Origin: Ignavibacteriota bacterium
Lineage (GTDB): Bacteria > Bacteroidota > Ignavibacteria > UBA10030 > UBA6906
DNA: 64,000 nt
Direction of reading: 5' to 3'
Assembly (NCBI GenBank): GCA_963801355.1
Contig: CAWDEM010000004.1
Span: 672,001-736,000 of the forward strand
Part shown: in pieces, positions 18,905 to 29,128 of the stretch
How positions within the stretch are numbered: the first letter of the stretch is position 1
How the letters are laid out: each line of letters opens with the position of its first letter
Position numbers and translations under genes: made by a program
Notes under the pieces: model-generated
The model's input: the letters and a program-made list of their open reading frames with translations, nothing else
The model's database searches: none
What the model was told of the DNA's origin: nothing

Positions 18905-19192
18905 ATGCCCGCAGCACTGGACGTTCAACAACGCGAGGAGCTTATGGAGCGGACGTGTGTGCATTCGTGCAAAGGTCTGTGCAATGCGCTGGACGTGATG
19001 GAACGCCGGGAGCAGGAAGCCATCGCGTTGTACCGTCAGTACGCCGCGGAGTGTGACTACCCCGACGTGAAGGAATTGCTTGATGCGTTGATCGCCGATC
19101 GCGAGCGGGGATTGCACCTGCTGCGGGAGAAACGGGAGACCCTGACCGCGAAATTCGCGGTCACCGACCGGATCAATGACAGCTTCGCCTGA
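18905..19192 (+). CDS. Small ferritin/rubrerythrin-like helical protein with N-terminal Cx3Cx3C
   Basis: CVHSCKGLC then E..E.EA..LY...A..(D)VKELL..L pattern; fits between operon genes. Confidence 0.6.
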   Translation: MPAALDVQQREELMERTCVHSCKGLCNALDVMERREQEAIALYRQYAAECDYPDVKELLDALIADRERGLHLLREKRETLTAKFAVTDRINDSFA

Positions 19193-19225
19193 CCAACTTC
19201 AAGGACAAGGAGTGCCGGAACCCCT

Positions 19226-20347
19226 ATGAGCAAATACACAATTGCCTGGCTGCCCGGGGATGGAATCGGAAAAGACGTGATGGACGCCACGCGCCTGGTC
19301 CTCGACCGGATCAAGCTCGACGCGGAATATGTGCACGGGGATATTGGCTGGGAATTCTGGTGCAAGGAGGGGGACGCCCTTCCCCAGCGGACAATCGATC
19401 TCTTGCGGCGCGTCAACGCCGCGATGTTTGGTGCCATCACCTCGAAACCCGTCAAGGCTGCCGAAGCGGAACTGATTCCCGAGCTGAAGGGGAAGGGGTT
19501 GGTGTACCGCTCGCCCATTGTGCGGATGCGGCAGATGTTCGACCTGTATATCTGTCTCCGCCCGTGCAAAGCCTATCCGGCCAACCCTCTGAACTTCAAA
19601 GACGGCATTGACCTGGTGGTGTTCAGAGAGAACACGGAAGACCTCTATGCCGGCGTTGAGTTCTTTCCGGTGCCCAAGGAGCTTTCGGATATGCTGTCGA
19701 AGCTTTCGAAGCCGTTCACTGCCTTCCGCGATTTGCAGGGCGATCAGTTCGCCATCTCCTGCAAGGTCAACACCAAGCGGGGATCGGAACGGATTGTCCG
19801 GGCGGCATTTGAATTCGCCAGGAAACACAACCGGCGGAAAGTGACGATCGTACACAAAGCAAATGTGGTGCGTGCAACTGACGGCCTTTTTCTCGAGGAG
19901 GCCCGGCATGTGGCGCGTGAGTATCCCGGGATACAGTTCGATGAAGCCAACGTAGATGCAATCTGCATGTGGCTGATGAAGAACCCCTTCAGCTACGACG
20001 TTCTTGTGGCCCCGAACCTCTACGGCGATATTATCTCCGACCTTGCCGCCCAGATGGTGGGCGGGCTCGGCTTCGGATGCTCCGGGAATATCGGACACCG
20101 GCTCGCCGTGTTCGAACCCTCTCACGGTTCGGCACCAAAATATGCAGGCCAGAACAAGGTGAACCCGATTGCGACAATTCTCGCCGCAAAAATGATGCTC
20201 GACTGGCTCGGTGAGACGGAAAAAGGCGCGCAGATCGAAAAGGCGACGGCTGCGGTGATCAGAGAAGGGAAGATCCGCACCTACGATATGGGAGGATCGC
20301 ACTCGACGACGGATATTGCCGAAGCGATAGCCGCACATCTATGCTGA
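19226..20347 (+). CDS. Isocitrate/isopropylmalate dehydrogenase family enzyme (homoisocitrate-DH-like)
   Basis: LPGDGIG, YRSPIVRMR, RENTEDLY, VHKANV, NLYGDIISDL, FEPSHGSAP. Confidence 0.9.
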   Translation: MSKYTIAWLPGDGIGKDVMDATRLVLDRIKLDAEYVHGDIGWEFWCKEGDALPQRTIDLLRRVNAAMFGAITSKPVKAAEAELIPELKGKGLVYRSPIVRMRQMFDLYICLRPCKAYPANPLNFKDGIDLVVFRENTEDLYAGVEFFPVPKELSDMLSKLSKPFTAFRDLQGDQFAISCKVNTKRGSERIVRAAFEFARKHNRRKVTIVHKANVVRATDGLFLEEARHVAREYPGIQFDEANVDAICMWLMKNPFSYDVLVAPNLYGDIISDLAAQMVGGLGFGCSGNIGHRLAVFEPSHGSAPKYAGQNKVNPIATILAAKMMLDWLGETEKGAQIEKATAAVIREGKIRTYDMGGSHSTTDIAEAIAAHLC

Positions 20348-21252
20348 CACCACACATCGTCCTGCATGAAGTCGGTCTGCGGGATGGACTGCAGATGGAA
20401 ACTGCATCCGTCCCGACCGCGCAAAAACTCCAATGGGTCCGTGCTCTCGCCGCGGCCGGGATGGACGTCATCCAGGTCGGATCGTTCGTGCATCCTGTCA
20501 AGGTGCCGCAAATGGCGGACACCGATCAGGTGTTCCGTGAGCTTACAGCGCCGGGGGCGAGGCCGCCGGGGGTCGTGCTTTCGGGTCTTGTGCTGAACGA
20601 GAAGGGGCTCGAGCGCGGCATGGCATGTGGCGTGGACATGTTCTGCATGGGAGTTTCTGCAAGTGAGACACACAGCCGCAAGAATACCGGCATGCCGACG
20701 GCCGAAGCCACCGATCGAATCATCGGCATGGCCGTGTCAGCATTGAAAGCCGGAAAGGCCATCCAGGTTTCCGTGCAGTCCGCTTTCGGCTGTGGGTATG
20801 AAGGCGCAGTTCCTCCGGCCCGCGCAGTCGCGATTGTGCGGCGGTACCTCGAGGCCGGCCTGACAAGCATCAGTCTTGCAGATACGGCCGGCCATGCTAC
20901 ACCCGCGATGGTGGAGAATTTGTTCGAGGCCATCCGGGCCATGGACGACACGATCGAGTTGGCCTGTCATTTTCACAACACGTACGGCATGGCGATCGCC
21001 AACTGCTCTGCGGCGCTCCGGGTGGGTGTCCAGTCGGTTGAATCTTCGATTGCCGGCCTGGGTGGATGCCCGTATACGAAAATTGCGGGCGGCAATGTCT
21101 GCACAGAGGACTTCGTGCACATGCTCCAGCGGATGAACCTCCGGAAAGACGTCAATCTCGACGGCCTGATAGCTGTAGCCCGTGAGGTTGCTGCTTTCTT
21201 CAATCGGGATATGCCCGGTATGGTATACAAAACAGGCCCCATTCCTCAGTAG
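20341..21252 (+). CDS. HMG-CoA lyase / (R)-citramalyl-CoA lyase family (DRE-TIM)
   Basis: EVGLRDGLQ, SFVHPVKVPQMAD, LADTAG, HFHNT, GLGGCPY, GNVCTED. Confidence 0.9.
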   Translation: MLTPHIVLHEVGLRDGLQMETASVPTAQKLQWVRALAAAGMDVIQVGSFVHPVKVPQMADTDQVFRELTAPGARPPGVVLSGLVLNEKGLERGMACGVDMFCMGVSASETHSRKNTGMPTAEATDRIIGMAVSALKAGKAIQVSVQSAFGCGYEGAVPPARAVAIVRRYLEAGLTSISLADTAGHATPAMVENLFEAIRAMDDTIELACHFHNTYGMAIANCSAALRVGVQSVESSIAGLGGCPYTKIAGGNVCTEDFVHMLQRMNLRKDVNLDGLIAVAREVAAFFNRDMPGMVYKTGPIPQ

Positions 21253-21271
21253 CCTCAAGCGCGACACGGAC

Positions 21272-22480
21272 ATGACATCATCTGCAGCATCGCTTCTTTC
21301 GGGAATCAGAGTTCTTGACATGACAAACGTGCTTTCGGGCCCGTTTGCCACGTTGCACCTCGCCCTGCTCGGCGCGGAGGTCATCAAGGTGGAAAATCCG
21401 GCGGACGGTGATCTGGCGCGCAAACTCGGATGTGTTCCGGAATACAACCGGCGGCTCATGGGAACGAGTTTTCTTGCCCAGAATGCCAACAAGAAGTCGC
21501 TCACCCTGAATCTCAAAGCGCCTGAGGGGAAGGAGATTTTCAAGAAGCTGGCCGCGACCGCGGATGTCGTGGTGGAGAATTTCCGTCCGGACGTTATGGG
21601 TCGCCTGGGTCTTTCGTATGAAGTGCTGCGTGCCATCAATCCGAGGCTCATCTACTGCGGTATTTCCGGTTTCGGCCAATCCGGCCCGGACGCTTTGAAG
21701 CCCGCCTACGATCAGATCATCCAGGGGCTGAGCGGGGAGATGGCCATCAATGGCGATGAGCAACTGAGTCCGTTGCGTGCGGGTTTTCCCGTGTGCGACA
21801 CTGTCGGCGGATTGAATGCTGCGTTCGCCATCATGGCGGCTCTCTACTGGCGAGAGCGTTCGGGGGAAGGCCAATGGATTGATGTGGCACTCCTGGATTC
21901 CATCATGCCATTGATGGGCTGGGTGGTGGCGAATCTGCTGATCGGCGGCCAGCAACCGGTTCTCATGGGAAATGACAATTTTACCGCCGCTCCCTCCGGG
22001 TCGTTCCGCACCAGGGATGGAAGCATCAATATTGCTGCAAACAAACAGGAGCAGTGGGAAGCCGTCACCGATGTCCTCGGCGTGCCGGAACTCAGGAACG
22101 ACCCGAGGTTCTCCGAGCGTGATACCAGGAAGAAGAACCGGAAGGCACTCACACTGTTGCTGGAGGAAAAACTCCAGGAGCGGGAAACTGGGTACTGGGT
22201 GGAAGTGTTGAACAATCACGATGTGCCGTCGGGCGCCATTCTGAGCCTGGACGCCGCGCTGCACCAGCCGCAGGTGACCCACCGGAACACATTCAGCACG
22301 GTCGATGTTGAAGGAATAGGCTCAATTCCGTTGTTCAATTTGACCGCCAAGTTTGAGAAGACCCCTGGGACTGTCACAGCTCCACCGCCAGCGCTCGGCG
22401 CGCACACCGCGGAAGTGCTCAAAGAACTCGGATATGAAGATGCGCAGATTACAGCATTGAAAGAAAAGCGTGTGGTGTGA
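21272..22480 (+). CDS. Family III (CaiB/BaiF) CoA-transferase
   Basis: LSGIRVLD, GAEVIKVE, NANKKS, ADVVVENFRP, SGFGQSGP, AYD catalytic Asp; ATG 21272. Confidence 0.93.
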   Translation: MTSSAASLLSGIRVLDMTNVLSGPFATLHLALLGAEVIKVENPADGDLARKLGCVPEYNRRLMGTSFLAQNANKKSLTLNLKAPEGKEIFKKLAATADVVVENFRPDVMGRLGLSYEVLRAINPRLIYCGISGFGQSGPDALKPAYDQIIQGLSGEMAINGDEQLSPLRAGFPVCDTVGGLNAAFAIMAALYWRERSGEGQWIDVALLDSIMPLMGWVVANLLIGGQQPVLMGNDNFTAAPSGSFRTRDGSINIAANKQEQWEAVTDVLGVPELRNDPRFSERDTRKKNRKALTLLLEEKLQERETGYWVEVLNNHDVPSGAILSLDAALHQPQVTHRNTFSTVDVEGIGSIPLFNLTAKFEKTPGTVTAPPPALGAHTAEVLKELGYEDAQITALKEKRVV

Positions 22481-23793
22481 ACCCGGAACAGGAAAGGCAT
22501 CTCATGGGAATGACAGTCGTCGAAAAGATTCTTGCGCGTGCAAGCGGACAGGCTGTTGTGAAGGCAGGCGACGTGCTCGAACCGAAGGTGGATCTGGCGA
22601 TGTCGCACGAAAATGCCGCGCTGGTGGTGAATCAGTTCCTGGAAATTTTCAAGGATACCGGCCGTGAGGCACGTGTCTGGGATCCGTCTCGAGTGGCGAT
22701 CATCTTTGATCACCGGGTTCCCGCGGAATCACCGAAGACGGCCACCAACCAGAAGAAGGTCCGTGAATTTGTAGCGCGCCACATGATCAGCAAGTTCCAT
22801 GACATCCGCGGTGATCTCGGCGGTATTTGTCACCAGATTCTCCCCGAAAGCGGTTATGTCCGTCCCGGCGCGGTGGTGGTAGGTACCGATTCCCACACCA
22901 CGAGCCATGGCGCTCTTGGCGCGTTCTCGTTCGGCATCGGTGCGACGGAGATGGCCAGTGTCTGGACGCTGGGGTATGCGGTGAACGTTGAAGTGCCGGC
23001 GACTATCAAGGTGGTGATTCACGGCAGATTTCCGCGGATGGTAGGACCGAAGGATCTGATCCTTCATCTGATCGGGAAACTGACCTCCCAGGGGGCGAAC
23101 TTCCGTGTCATTGAGTTCCACGGCGAGACTATCCGGGCAATGCCCACATCCGGCAGACTGGTGATCTGCAATATGTCTGTCGAGGCAGGGGCCACGTCGG
23201 GCATCGTGCCGGCCGATGAAGAGACGGTGCAGTATCTCCGGGAGGAATCGGGAGTGACCGATCCCCTTGACCTTGTGCAACCTGATGAGGACGCGGTCTA
23301 CGCGCAGACCCTTACGATTGATGTCTCGAAGCTCGAGCCGCAAGTTGCCTGTCCGCATTCCGTGGACAATGTGAAGCCCCTCGGTGCCGTGGTGGGGACA
23401 AGGGTAGATCAGGTGGTGATTGGTTCATGTACGAACGGCAGGCTCGACGACATCGAGGTTGCGGCGTCGCTTTTGCGGGGGAAGAAGGTTGCCCGGAACA
23501 CCCGTATGCTGGTTTTTCCGGCGTCGGGCCGGATTTATCAGCGGGCGCTCGAACGCGGTTATATCGCCGATATCATGCGCGCAGGTGCAGTGGTGATGAA
23601 CCCGGGCTGCGGTCCCTGCCTGGGCGTGCATGAGGGTGCGCTGGGAGACGGTGAGGTTGCGCTGTCGACCACGAACCGGAATTTTAAAGGCCGGATGGGA
23701 AATCCCACGGCGGACGTGTATCTTTGTTCGCCCGCTGTCGCCGCTGCTTCAGCCGTGGCGGGAATGATCGCCGATCCGAGAAAAGGAGTGTAA
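22477..23793 (+). CDS. Isopropylmalate isomerase / homoaconitase large subunit (LeuC/HacA family)
   Basis: DH, GICHQ, DSHT, GSCTNGR, PGCGPCLG, STTNRNFKGRMG; start may be 22504. Confidence 0.92.
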   Translation: MNPEQERHLMGMTVVEKILARASGQAVVKAGDVLEPKVDLAMSHENAALVVNQFLEIFKDTGREARVWDPSRVAIIFDHRVPAESPKTATNQKKVREFVARHMISKFHDIRGDLGGICHQILPESGYVRPGAVVVGTDSHTTSHGALGAFSFGIGATEMASVWTLGYAVNVEVPATIKVVIHGRFPRMVGPKDLILHLIGKLTSQGANFRVIEFHGETIRAMPTSGRLVICNMSVEAGATSGIVPADEETVQYLREESGVTDPLDLVQPDEDAVYAQTLTIDVSKLEPQVACPHSVDNVKPLGAVVGTRVDQVVIGSCTNGRLDDIEVAASLLRGKKVARNTRMLVFPASGRIYQRALERGYIADIMRAGAVVMNPGCGPCLGVHEGALGDGEVALSTTNRNFKGRMGNPTADVYLCSPAVAAASAVAGMIADPRKGV

Positions 23794-23798
23794 ACACC

Positions 23799-24296
23799 AT
23801 GGCACAAGTGGTCTATGTCGTCGGCGATGACATTTCAACGGATGTCATTTATCCGGGCCGGTACATGGCAACGGTGCTTCCGACGGAAACACCGCAGTTC
23901 GCGTTTGTTGACGATGCGGAGTTCAATGGCAGACTCAGGAACAGACAGATTCCCGCCGGCAGTATCATTGTTGCGGGAAGTAACTTCGGCTGCGGTTCCT
24001 CCCGCGAACAGGCTGTGTCCACGCTCAAGGGGCATGAGTTGATCATCGTCGCACGCAGTGTCGCGCGGATATTCATGCAGAACGCCATCAACCTGGGATT
24101 GCGTCTCGTTGTCTCACCAGGGATCACCGCGGCTGCAGGAGATGACCTGGTCATCGAGAGCAATCGCGTGGTGAACACAACCAGCGGAGCGGCCTTCCCG
24201 CTCGAGCCACTGCCGCGTGCGCGTCAGGTCATCGTCGACTCGGGAGGCCTGATTGCCTATACGAGAAAACGGATGCTCGAGCGTCCGGCTCTCTGA
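23799..24296 (+). CDS. Isopropylmalate isomerase / homoaconitase small subunit (LeuD/HacB family)
   Basis: DDISTDVIYPGRY, NFGCGSSREQA, ARIFMQNAINLG; ATG 23799. Confidence 0.92.
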   Translation: MAQVVYVVGDDISTDVIYPGRYMATVLPTETPQFAFVDDAEFNGRLRNRQIPAGSIIVAGSNFGCGSSREQAVSTLKGHELIIVARSVARIFMQNAINLGLRLVVSPGITAAAGDDLVIESNRVVNTTSGAAFPLEPLPRARQVIVDSGGLIAYTRKRMLERPAL

Positions 24297-24342
24297 TCGC
24301 CCGGATGTTCAGCCTGGCGGTGGATGACGGAAAGAGGAGCTG

Positions 24343-25734
24343 ATGGAAGGCGCGATTGCGAATATCGATGTCAGCCTGTTAAAGAAGTACGACAGACCCG
24401 GCCCACGCTACACCAGCTATCCGACCGCTCCGCTGTTCAGCCCTGCATTCACGGCGGACGATTTTCGCCGGGAAATTGCAGCGACGAACACCCCGGACGC
24501 CTCTCCGGATCTTTCACTCTACTTTCATTTTCCCTTCTGCGATACGCTCTGCTATTTTTGCGGATGCACGATGCTCGTGACGCGGGACCGCAAACGCATT
24601 GAGGAATACAACCGTTATCTGCAGAAGGAAATGGCTCTTGTCGCGCCGCTGATCGCTCCGCACAGGCGGGCCACACAGCTGCACTGGGGCGGCGGCACTC
24701 CGTCGCATCTCTCGCCCGACCAGATCGTCTCCATCGCGGGCGCAATCCGGTCCGCATTTGCGATCGCCGCGGACGCCGAGACAAGTGTGGAAATCGATCC
24801 GCGGGAACTCTCCCTCCCGCACCTGGAAGCACTCCGGGAGGCAGGTTTCAACCGCATGAGCATGGGGATTCAGGATTTCGATCCTCACGTGCAGGCGGCG
24901 GTGAACCGTGTGCAACCACCGGAGACTTCCCGGCAGGTCTATACCTGGGCGCGTGAGCTCGGCTTCACGAGCATCAACCTCGATCTGATGTACGGACTGC
25001 CATTCCAGACGCTGGCATCGTTTGAGCGGACGGTTCGCGACATCATTGCCTACGGCGCCGACCGGATTGCCGTGTTCAACTACGCCCATGTCCCCTGGCT
25101 GAAACCCCATCAGAAACTCATTCGTCCCGAAGACCTCCCGTCACCGGAACTGAAACTCGATATGCTCAAAATGACCATCGAGAAGCTGACGCAGAACGGG
25201 TACGAGTACATCGGCATGGACCATTTTGCCAAGCCTGACGACGAACTTTCCCGCGCGCGGGCGGCCCGGACACTTTACAGGAATTTTCAGGGTTACTCGA
25301 CTCGGGCGGGGGCCGATCTGTACGGTTTCGGGATGTCGTCCATCAGCCATTTCCGGAATATCTATGCACAGAACGCCAAGAATCTCCCGGAGTATTACCG
25401 GGCACTCGATGCCAGACATCATGCAACGCACCTCGGCTATCGCATGACCGGCGACGATCACCTCAGGAAGTTCGTGATCATGCGCTTGATGTGTGACCTC
25501 GAGCTGGACTTTGCGACGGTCGAACGGAAATTCTCTATTGATTTCCCTGCGGTGTTTGCCACTGCGCTCGAAGGGCTCAAGCCCCTCGCGTCGGATGGCC
25601 TGGTGGAGCTTACCGATTCGGGTGTCCGGGTCGTCGGTCCCGGCCGCCTGCTACTGCGTAATATTGCGATGTGCTTCGATGCGTATCTGGAACGAATGAC
25701 GCGCGAGAAGCCGATCTTCTCACGAACAGTGTGA
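24343..25734 (+). CDS. hemN: Oxygen-independent coproporphyrinogen III oxidase
   Basis: GPRYTSYPTA, HFPFCDTLCYFCGC radical-SAM motif, HWGGGTP, IGMDHFA, RNFQGY, FSRTV end. Confidence 0.96.
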   Translation: MEGAIANIDVSLLKKYDRPGPRYTSYPTAPLFSPAFTADDFRREIAATNTPDASPDLSLYFHFPFCDTLCYFCGCTMLVTRDRKRIEEYNRYLQKEMALVAPLIAPHRRATQLHWGGGTPSHLSPDQIVSIAGAIRSAFAIAADAETSVEIDPRELSLPHLEALREAGFNRMSMGIQDFDPHVQAAVNRVQPPETSRQVYTWARELGFTSINLDLMYGLPFQTLASFERTVRDIIAYGADRIAVFNYAHVPWLKPHQKLIRPEDLPSPELKLDMLKMTIEKLTQNGYEYIGMDHFAKPDDELSRARAARTLYRNFQGYSTRAGADLYGFGMSSISHFRNIYAQNAKNLPEYYRALDARHHATHLGYRMTGDDHLRKFVIMRLMCDLELDFATVERKFSIDFPAVFATALEGLKPLASDGLVELTDSGVRVVGPGRLLLRNIAMCFDAYLERMTREKPIFSRTV

Positions 25735-25777
25735 GGTCATTCTTCAGAGCCGCAAATCACGCAAGGAGACACTTTCC

Positions 25778-28700
25778 ATGACCGCCAGAGTCGTTTCTCT
25801 TGCATTCCTTCTCTTCCTCATCAGTGCCTGCCCCATATCCTCTCCGTCCCAGATCAACCGTATATACGAGGGTTGGCGATGGGTGCGGTTCGGAACAGAA
25901 TCCGGACTGCCGTCAGAGCGGATTCTCAAGGTGCTGGAAACGCCCCGGGGTGAAGTGTGGGCGCAGACGTCCCACGGATTGGCCTGGTTCGATGAATTCC
26001 GGTGGAATCATGTGCCCATTGCCGAAGTCAGTTACAGCGTACAGGCAAAGTACGGATTTGCCCCTGATTCAATCGGTTTACTCCTTTTTACCTCTAAAAA
26101 GGCTTACCATGTCGATCAGGATACTGTCCATCCGATTGACCTCCGGAGCAATGGCAAAGCTGTGCGTTTGCTTGCCGGGCAATGGTCACAGGGGGTGAGA
26201 ATCTTTGTTGGTGATAGTCTGCTGCTCCGGGAGTCGGGTGGCACGCTGCAACCATTCCCCTCACCGTACGACACGCATCTGAAACCAAACGCGCCCCCGC
26301 GAGTCTTCATGAGCGGGATCACCTTCACGCGCCACTCCATGCTGGTGAATACGCAGGAAGCTCTGTATCGCTACAATGGCCATCAGTGGGACAAGTTGAT
26401 CTCTTCTCCAATATACTACCTGCGAGTAACCCACTTCGAGGAAAACGACGCGGGCTCGGGGGCGGCGGTCCTCGAGACGACAATCGGCAGACCGGATGTC
26501 TACTTCTGGAATCCGGGGGGAGAGTTGCGGCATCGCCCTCAGGAAGGAGGAGACGGGGTCATTTCGTTGGATGTCTCTCCCGACGGGGAGACACTGCTTC
26601 TGCTTGCATCGGGAGAGTTGCGTCTCCACACACGAAGCGGCACACAGACACTTCCTCCGTTTCCGTCTCCCGTGAATTTTCCCCGGTATATCCGGTTCCG
26701 CCCGAATGGCGATCTCTGGGTGTGCACCGAACGCGGCCTGTTTCTCTGCCGGTTGAAATCAAATCGCTGGTCCAGCTGGGCAACCGGAAAGACCATGGCC
26801 GGGAAGATCGTTAGCAGTATAGCCCGATCGCGCGATGGTTCGTTCTGGGTTGGCACGCGGGAGGGGCTCTACGTGCGATCCGCTGACGGCAGCAGCAGGT
26901 TCATTCGATCGATTGGCGGACAGGCATTGAATCGCGTTACGGCAATCACCGAGGACCGTGAGGGGAACATGTGGATCGGAAGCGGGAGCACGTTTCCCGG
27001 GGCGTATCGGTGGGATGGCAAGAAATGGCGCCATTTTGGTCCGGCAGAGGGCCTCGACGCTCCCCGCGTCCATGAGATTGTACTCACCAGAAGCGGCAAA
27101 CTCTGGTTCATGGGGATGGCAGCCGGACAGATATACAGAATTCCTCCGGCGGAGCCGGGGGTGTTTTGTTACGAAGGCGGCACGTTTTCGCATATCGGCC
27201 CGGCCGACGGACTTCTCGACGGCCGTGCATACGCGATGGTGGAGGATCGGGACAGCGCACTCTGGTTTGGCACTCTCACGGGACTCAGCAGGTTGTTTCA
27301 CGGTACGTGGCAATATTGGAGGTGCGGTCAGGAGTTCTCAAATCATGCGGTATTCACACTCGCGGTAGATTCCACGAATCGTCTCTGGTTTGGTCGAAGG
27401 TGGGAAGGATTGGGATATATCGACAGCACGGGGACAGCGCGCTCATATACGGTCGAGGATGGATTGGTCAGCAACCAGGTCTGGGATCTTCAGGTGGATC
27501 CGGACGGGCGCCTCTGGATAGGAACGATGGAGGGCATAGGAAGCTACGATGGCACGACATGGATGAATTTTGAAGCAAGCGCAGGGCTCACAAATAGCGA
27601 GATCTGGTCCATCCTCTACGCGGACCGGCGTATCTACGCGGGTTCTCAGGGGGGAGGCGTCAGCATTCTCGACCTGGACCAAATCGATGCCATTCCGCCC
27701 AGGCTCACACTGGAAACGCCGCTCGTCGACGAGGGGCGCGCTACGCTGTCATGGACCGTCAACGCGTACTGGGGGGATGTCGCTCCGGCGGAGATACGGA
27801 CGCGCCATCGTCTCGGGGACTCGCCCTGGTCCGCCTGGAATCCGGAGCGCACGGTCTCCTTTAGCCTTCTCAGACCGGGCAATTACCGGTTTGATGTCGA
27901 ATTGCATCCTGCGTCGCGGAAGGGGCCGGCCAAAATCGCCAGTGTCGACTTCTCCATCCCGCCTCCGCTCTACCTCCGTCCGTCAGTTGCTGTTCCGCTG
28001 GTGCTCCTGGGGATACTTGTGCTGGCCCTGGCTGCAGCCATCTGGGAACGCAAACGCCGGTTTGACCGGGCTGTACGAGAGAGCGAGGCCCGTTTTCGTG
28101 CACAATATAGAAGCAATCCCATCCCGACCTTTACCTGGAAACACAGCGGGAAGGAACTCTACCTTGTGGACGTCAATGACGCGGCACTGGCGCTGTCCCT
28201 CGGCAGCGTGGCAGCATGGGTGGGCAGATCCCTTCGAGAGATTATAAAGGATATGCCGGAGTCCATTGCACAGATCGAGCAGTGTTATGCGTCACAATCA
28301 GTGGTCCGCGAGGAAAGGCAGTACCGTTCTCTTACGGAGGCACGAACGGCGGATCTCATTGTGATTCACTCGTACGTGCCCCCGGACATGGTGTTGACCC
28401 ACGTTGAAGATGTCACCGAGCGAAAGCTTGCGGAGGGCAAGGTCCGTGAATCCCGTGAACAGCTGCGCGCACTCGCCGCCCGGCTGGAATCGGTGCGGGA
28501 AGAGGAACGAACCCAGTTGTCACGGGAGATTCACGACGAACTGGGCCAATTGATGACCGGGCTGAAGATGGATCTCTCCTGGCTGCGCAAGCGGGTGCAC
28601 GAGATGGGTGGGCGGGTCGCCGATGGCATAGAGGGTCGCATCCAGCAGATGAACGGGATGCTGGATGATTCTATCCATACGGTGAGGAAGATTGCCGGCC

Positions 28701-29128
28701 AGTTGCGGCCTGCCCTGCTGGATCAACTCGGCCTTATGGCGGCGATGGAATGGCAGGCAAAGGAATGGGAGGCCCGCACGGGTATTACATGCTGCCTCCA
28801 CAAACAGTCCGAGGAGCCACACGTTTCCCACGAGCAGGCAACCCAACTCTTTCGTATCTTCCAGGAGCTGCTTACCAATGTGGCCAGGCACGCCCACGCG
28901 ACATCGGTCGAAGTGATCCTGGGCTATGCCGCAGACGAATTGTATCTGGAGGTCAGTGACAACGGCCAGGGAATTCATGAAGAAGAAATTCATCGCCCTA
29001 AGTCACTCGGCATTGTCGGCATGGAGGAACGTGCGGCGCGAATCGGAGGGAGCATGCACTTCACCGGACAGCCCGGCGGCGGCACGACGGTTCGTGTGAC
29101 CTTTCCCATCGAACAGGGTGAACTATGA
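25778..29128 (+). CDS. Sensor histidine kinase: periplasmic beta-propeller repeats, TM, PAS-like, HisKA_3/HATPase
   Basis: Signal peptide; repeated D..G.LW.GT..GL blades; TM; REEERTQLSREIHDELGQ; QELLTNVARHA; DNGQG; GIVGMEER. Confidence 0.92.
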   Translation: MTARVVSLAFLLFLISACPISSPSQINRIYEGWRWVRFGTESGLPSERILKVLETPRGEVWAQTSHGLAWFDEFRWNHVPIAEVSYSVQAKYGFAPDSIGLLLFTSKKAYHVDQDTVHPIDLRSNGKAVRLLAGQWSQGVRIFVGDSLLLRESGGTLQPFPSPYDTHLKPNAPPRVFMSGITFTRHSMLVNTQEALYRYNGHQWDKLISSPIYYLRVTHFEENDAGSGAAVLETTIGRPDVYFWNPGGELRHRPQEGGDGVISLDVSPDGETLLLLASGELRLHTRSGTQTLPPFPSPVNFPRYIRFRPNGDLWVCTERGLFLCRLKSNRWSSWATGKTMAGKIVSSIARSRDGSFWVGTREGLYVRSADGSSRFIRSIGGQALNRVTAITEDREGNMWIGSGSTFPGAYRWDGKKWRHFGPAEGLDAPRVHEIVLTRSGKLWFMGMAAGQIYRIPPAEPGVFCYEGGTFSHIGPADGLLDGRAYAMVEDRDSALWFGTLTGLSRLFHGTWQYWRCGQEFSNHAVFTLAVDSTNRLWFGRRWEGLGYIDSTGTARSYTVEDGLVSNQVWDLQVDPDGRLWIGTMEGIGSYDGTTWMNFEASAGLTNSEIWSILYADRRIYAGSQGGGVSILDLDQIDAIPPRLTLETPLVDEGRATLSWTVNAYWGDVAPAEIRTRHRLGDSPWSAWNPERTVSFSLLRPGNYRFDVELHPASRKGPAKIASVDFSIPPPLYLRPSVAVPLVLLGILVLALAAAIWERKRRFDRAVRESEARFRAQYRSNPIPTFTWKHSGKELYLVDVNDAALALSLGSVAAWVGRSLREIIKDMPESIAQIEQCYASQSVVREERQYRSLTEARTADLIVIHSYVPPDMVLTHVEDVTERKLAEGKVRESREQLRALAARLESVREEERTQLSREIHDELGQLMTGLKMDLSWLRKRVHEMGGRVADGIEGRIQQMNGMLDDSIHTVRKIAGQLRPALLDQLGLMAAMEWQAKEWEARTGITCCLHKQSEEPHVSHEQATQLFRIFQELLTNVARHAHATSVEVILGYAADELYLEVSDNGQGIHEEEIHRPKSLGIVGMEERAARIGGSMHFTGQPGGGTTVRVTFPIEQGEL

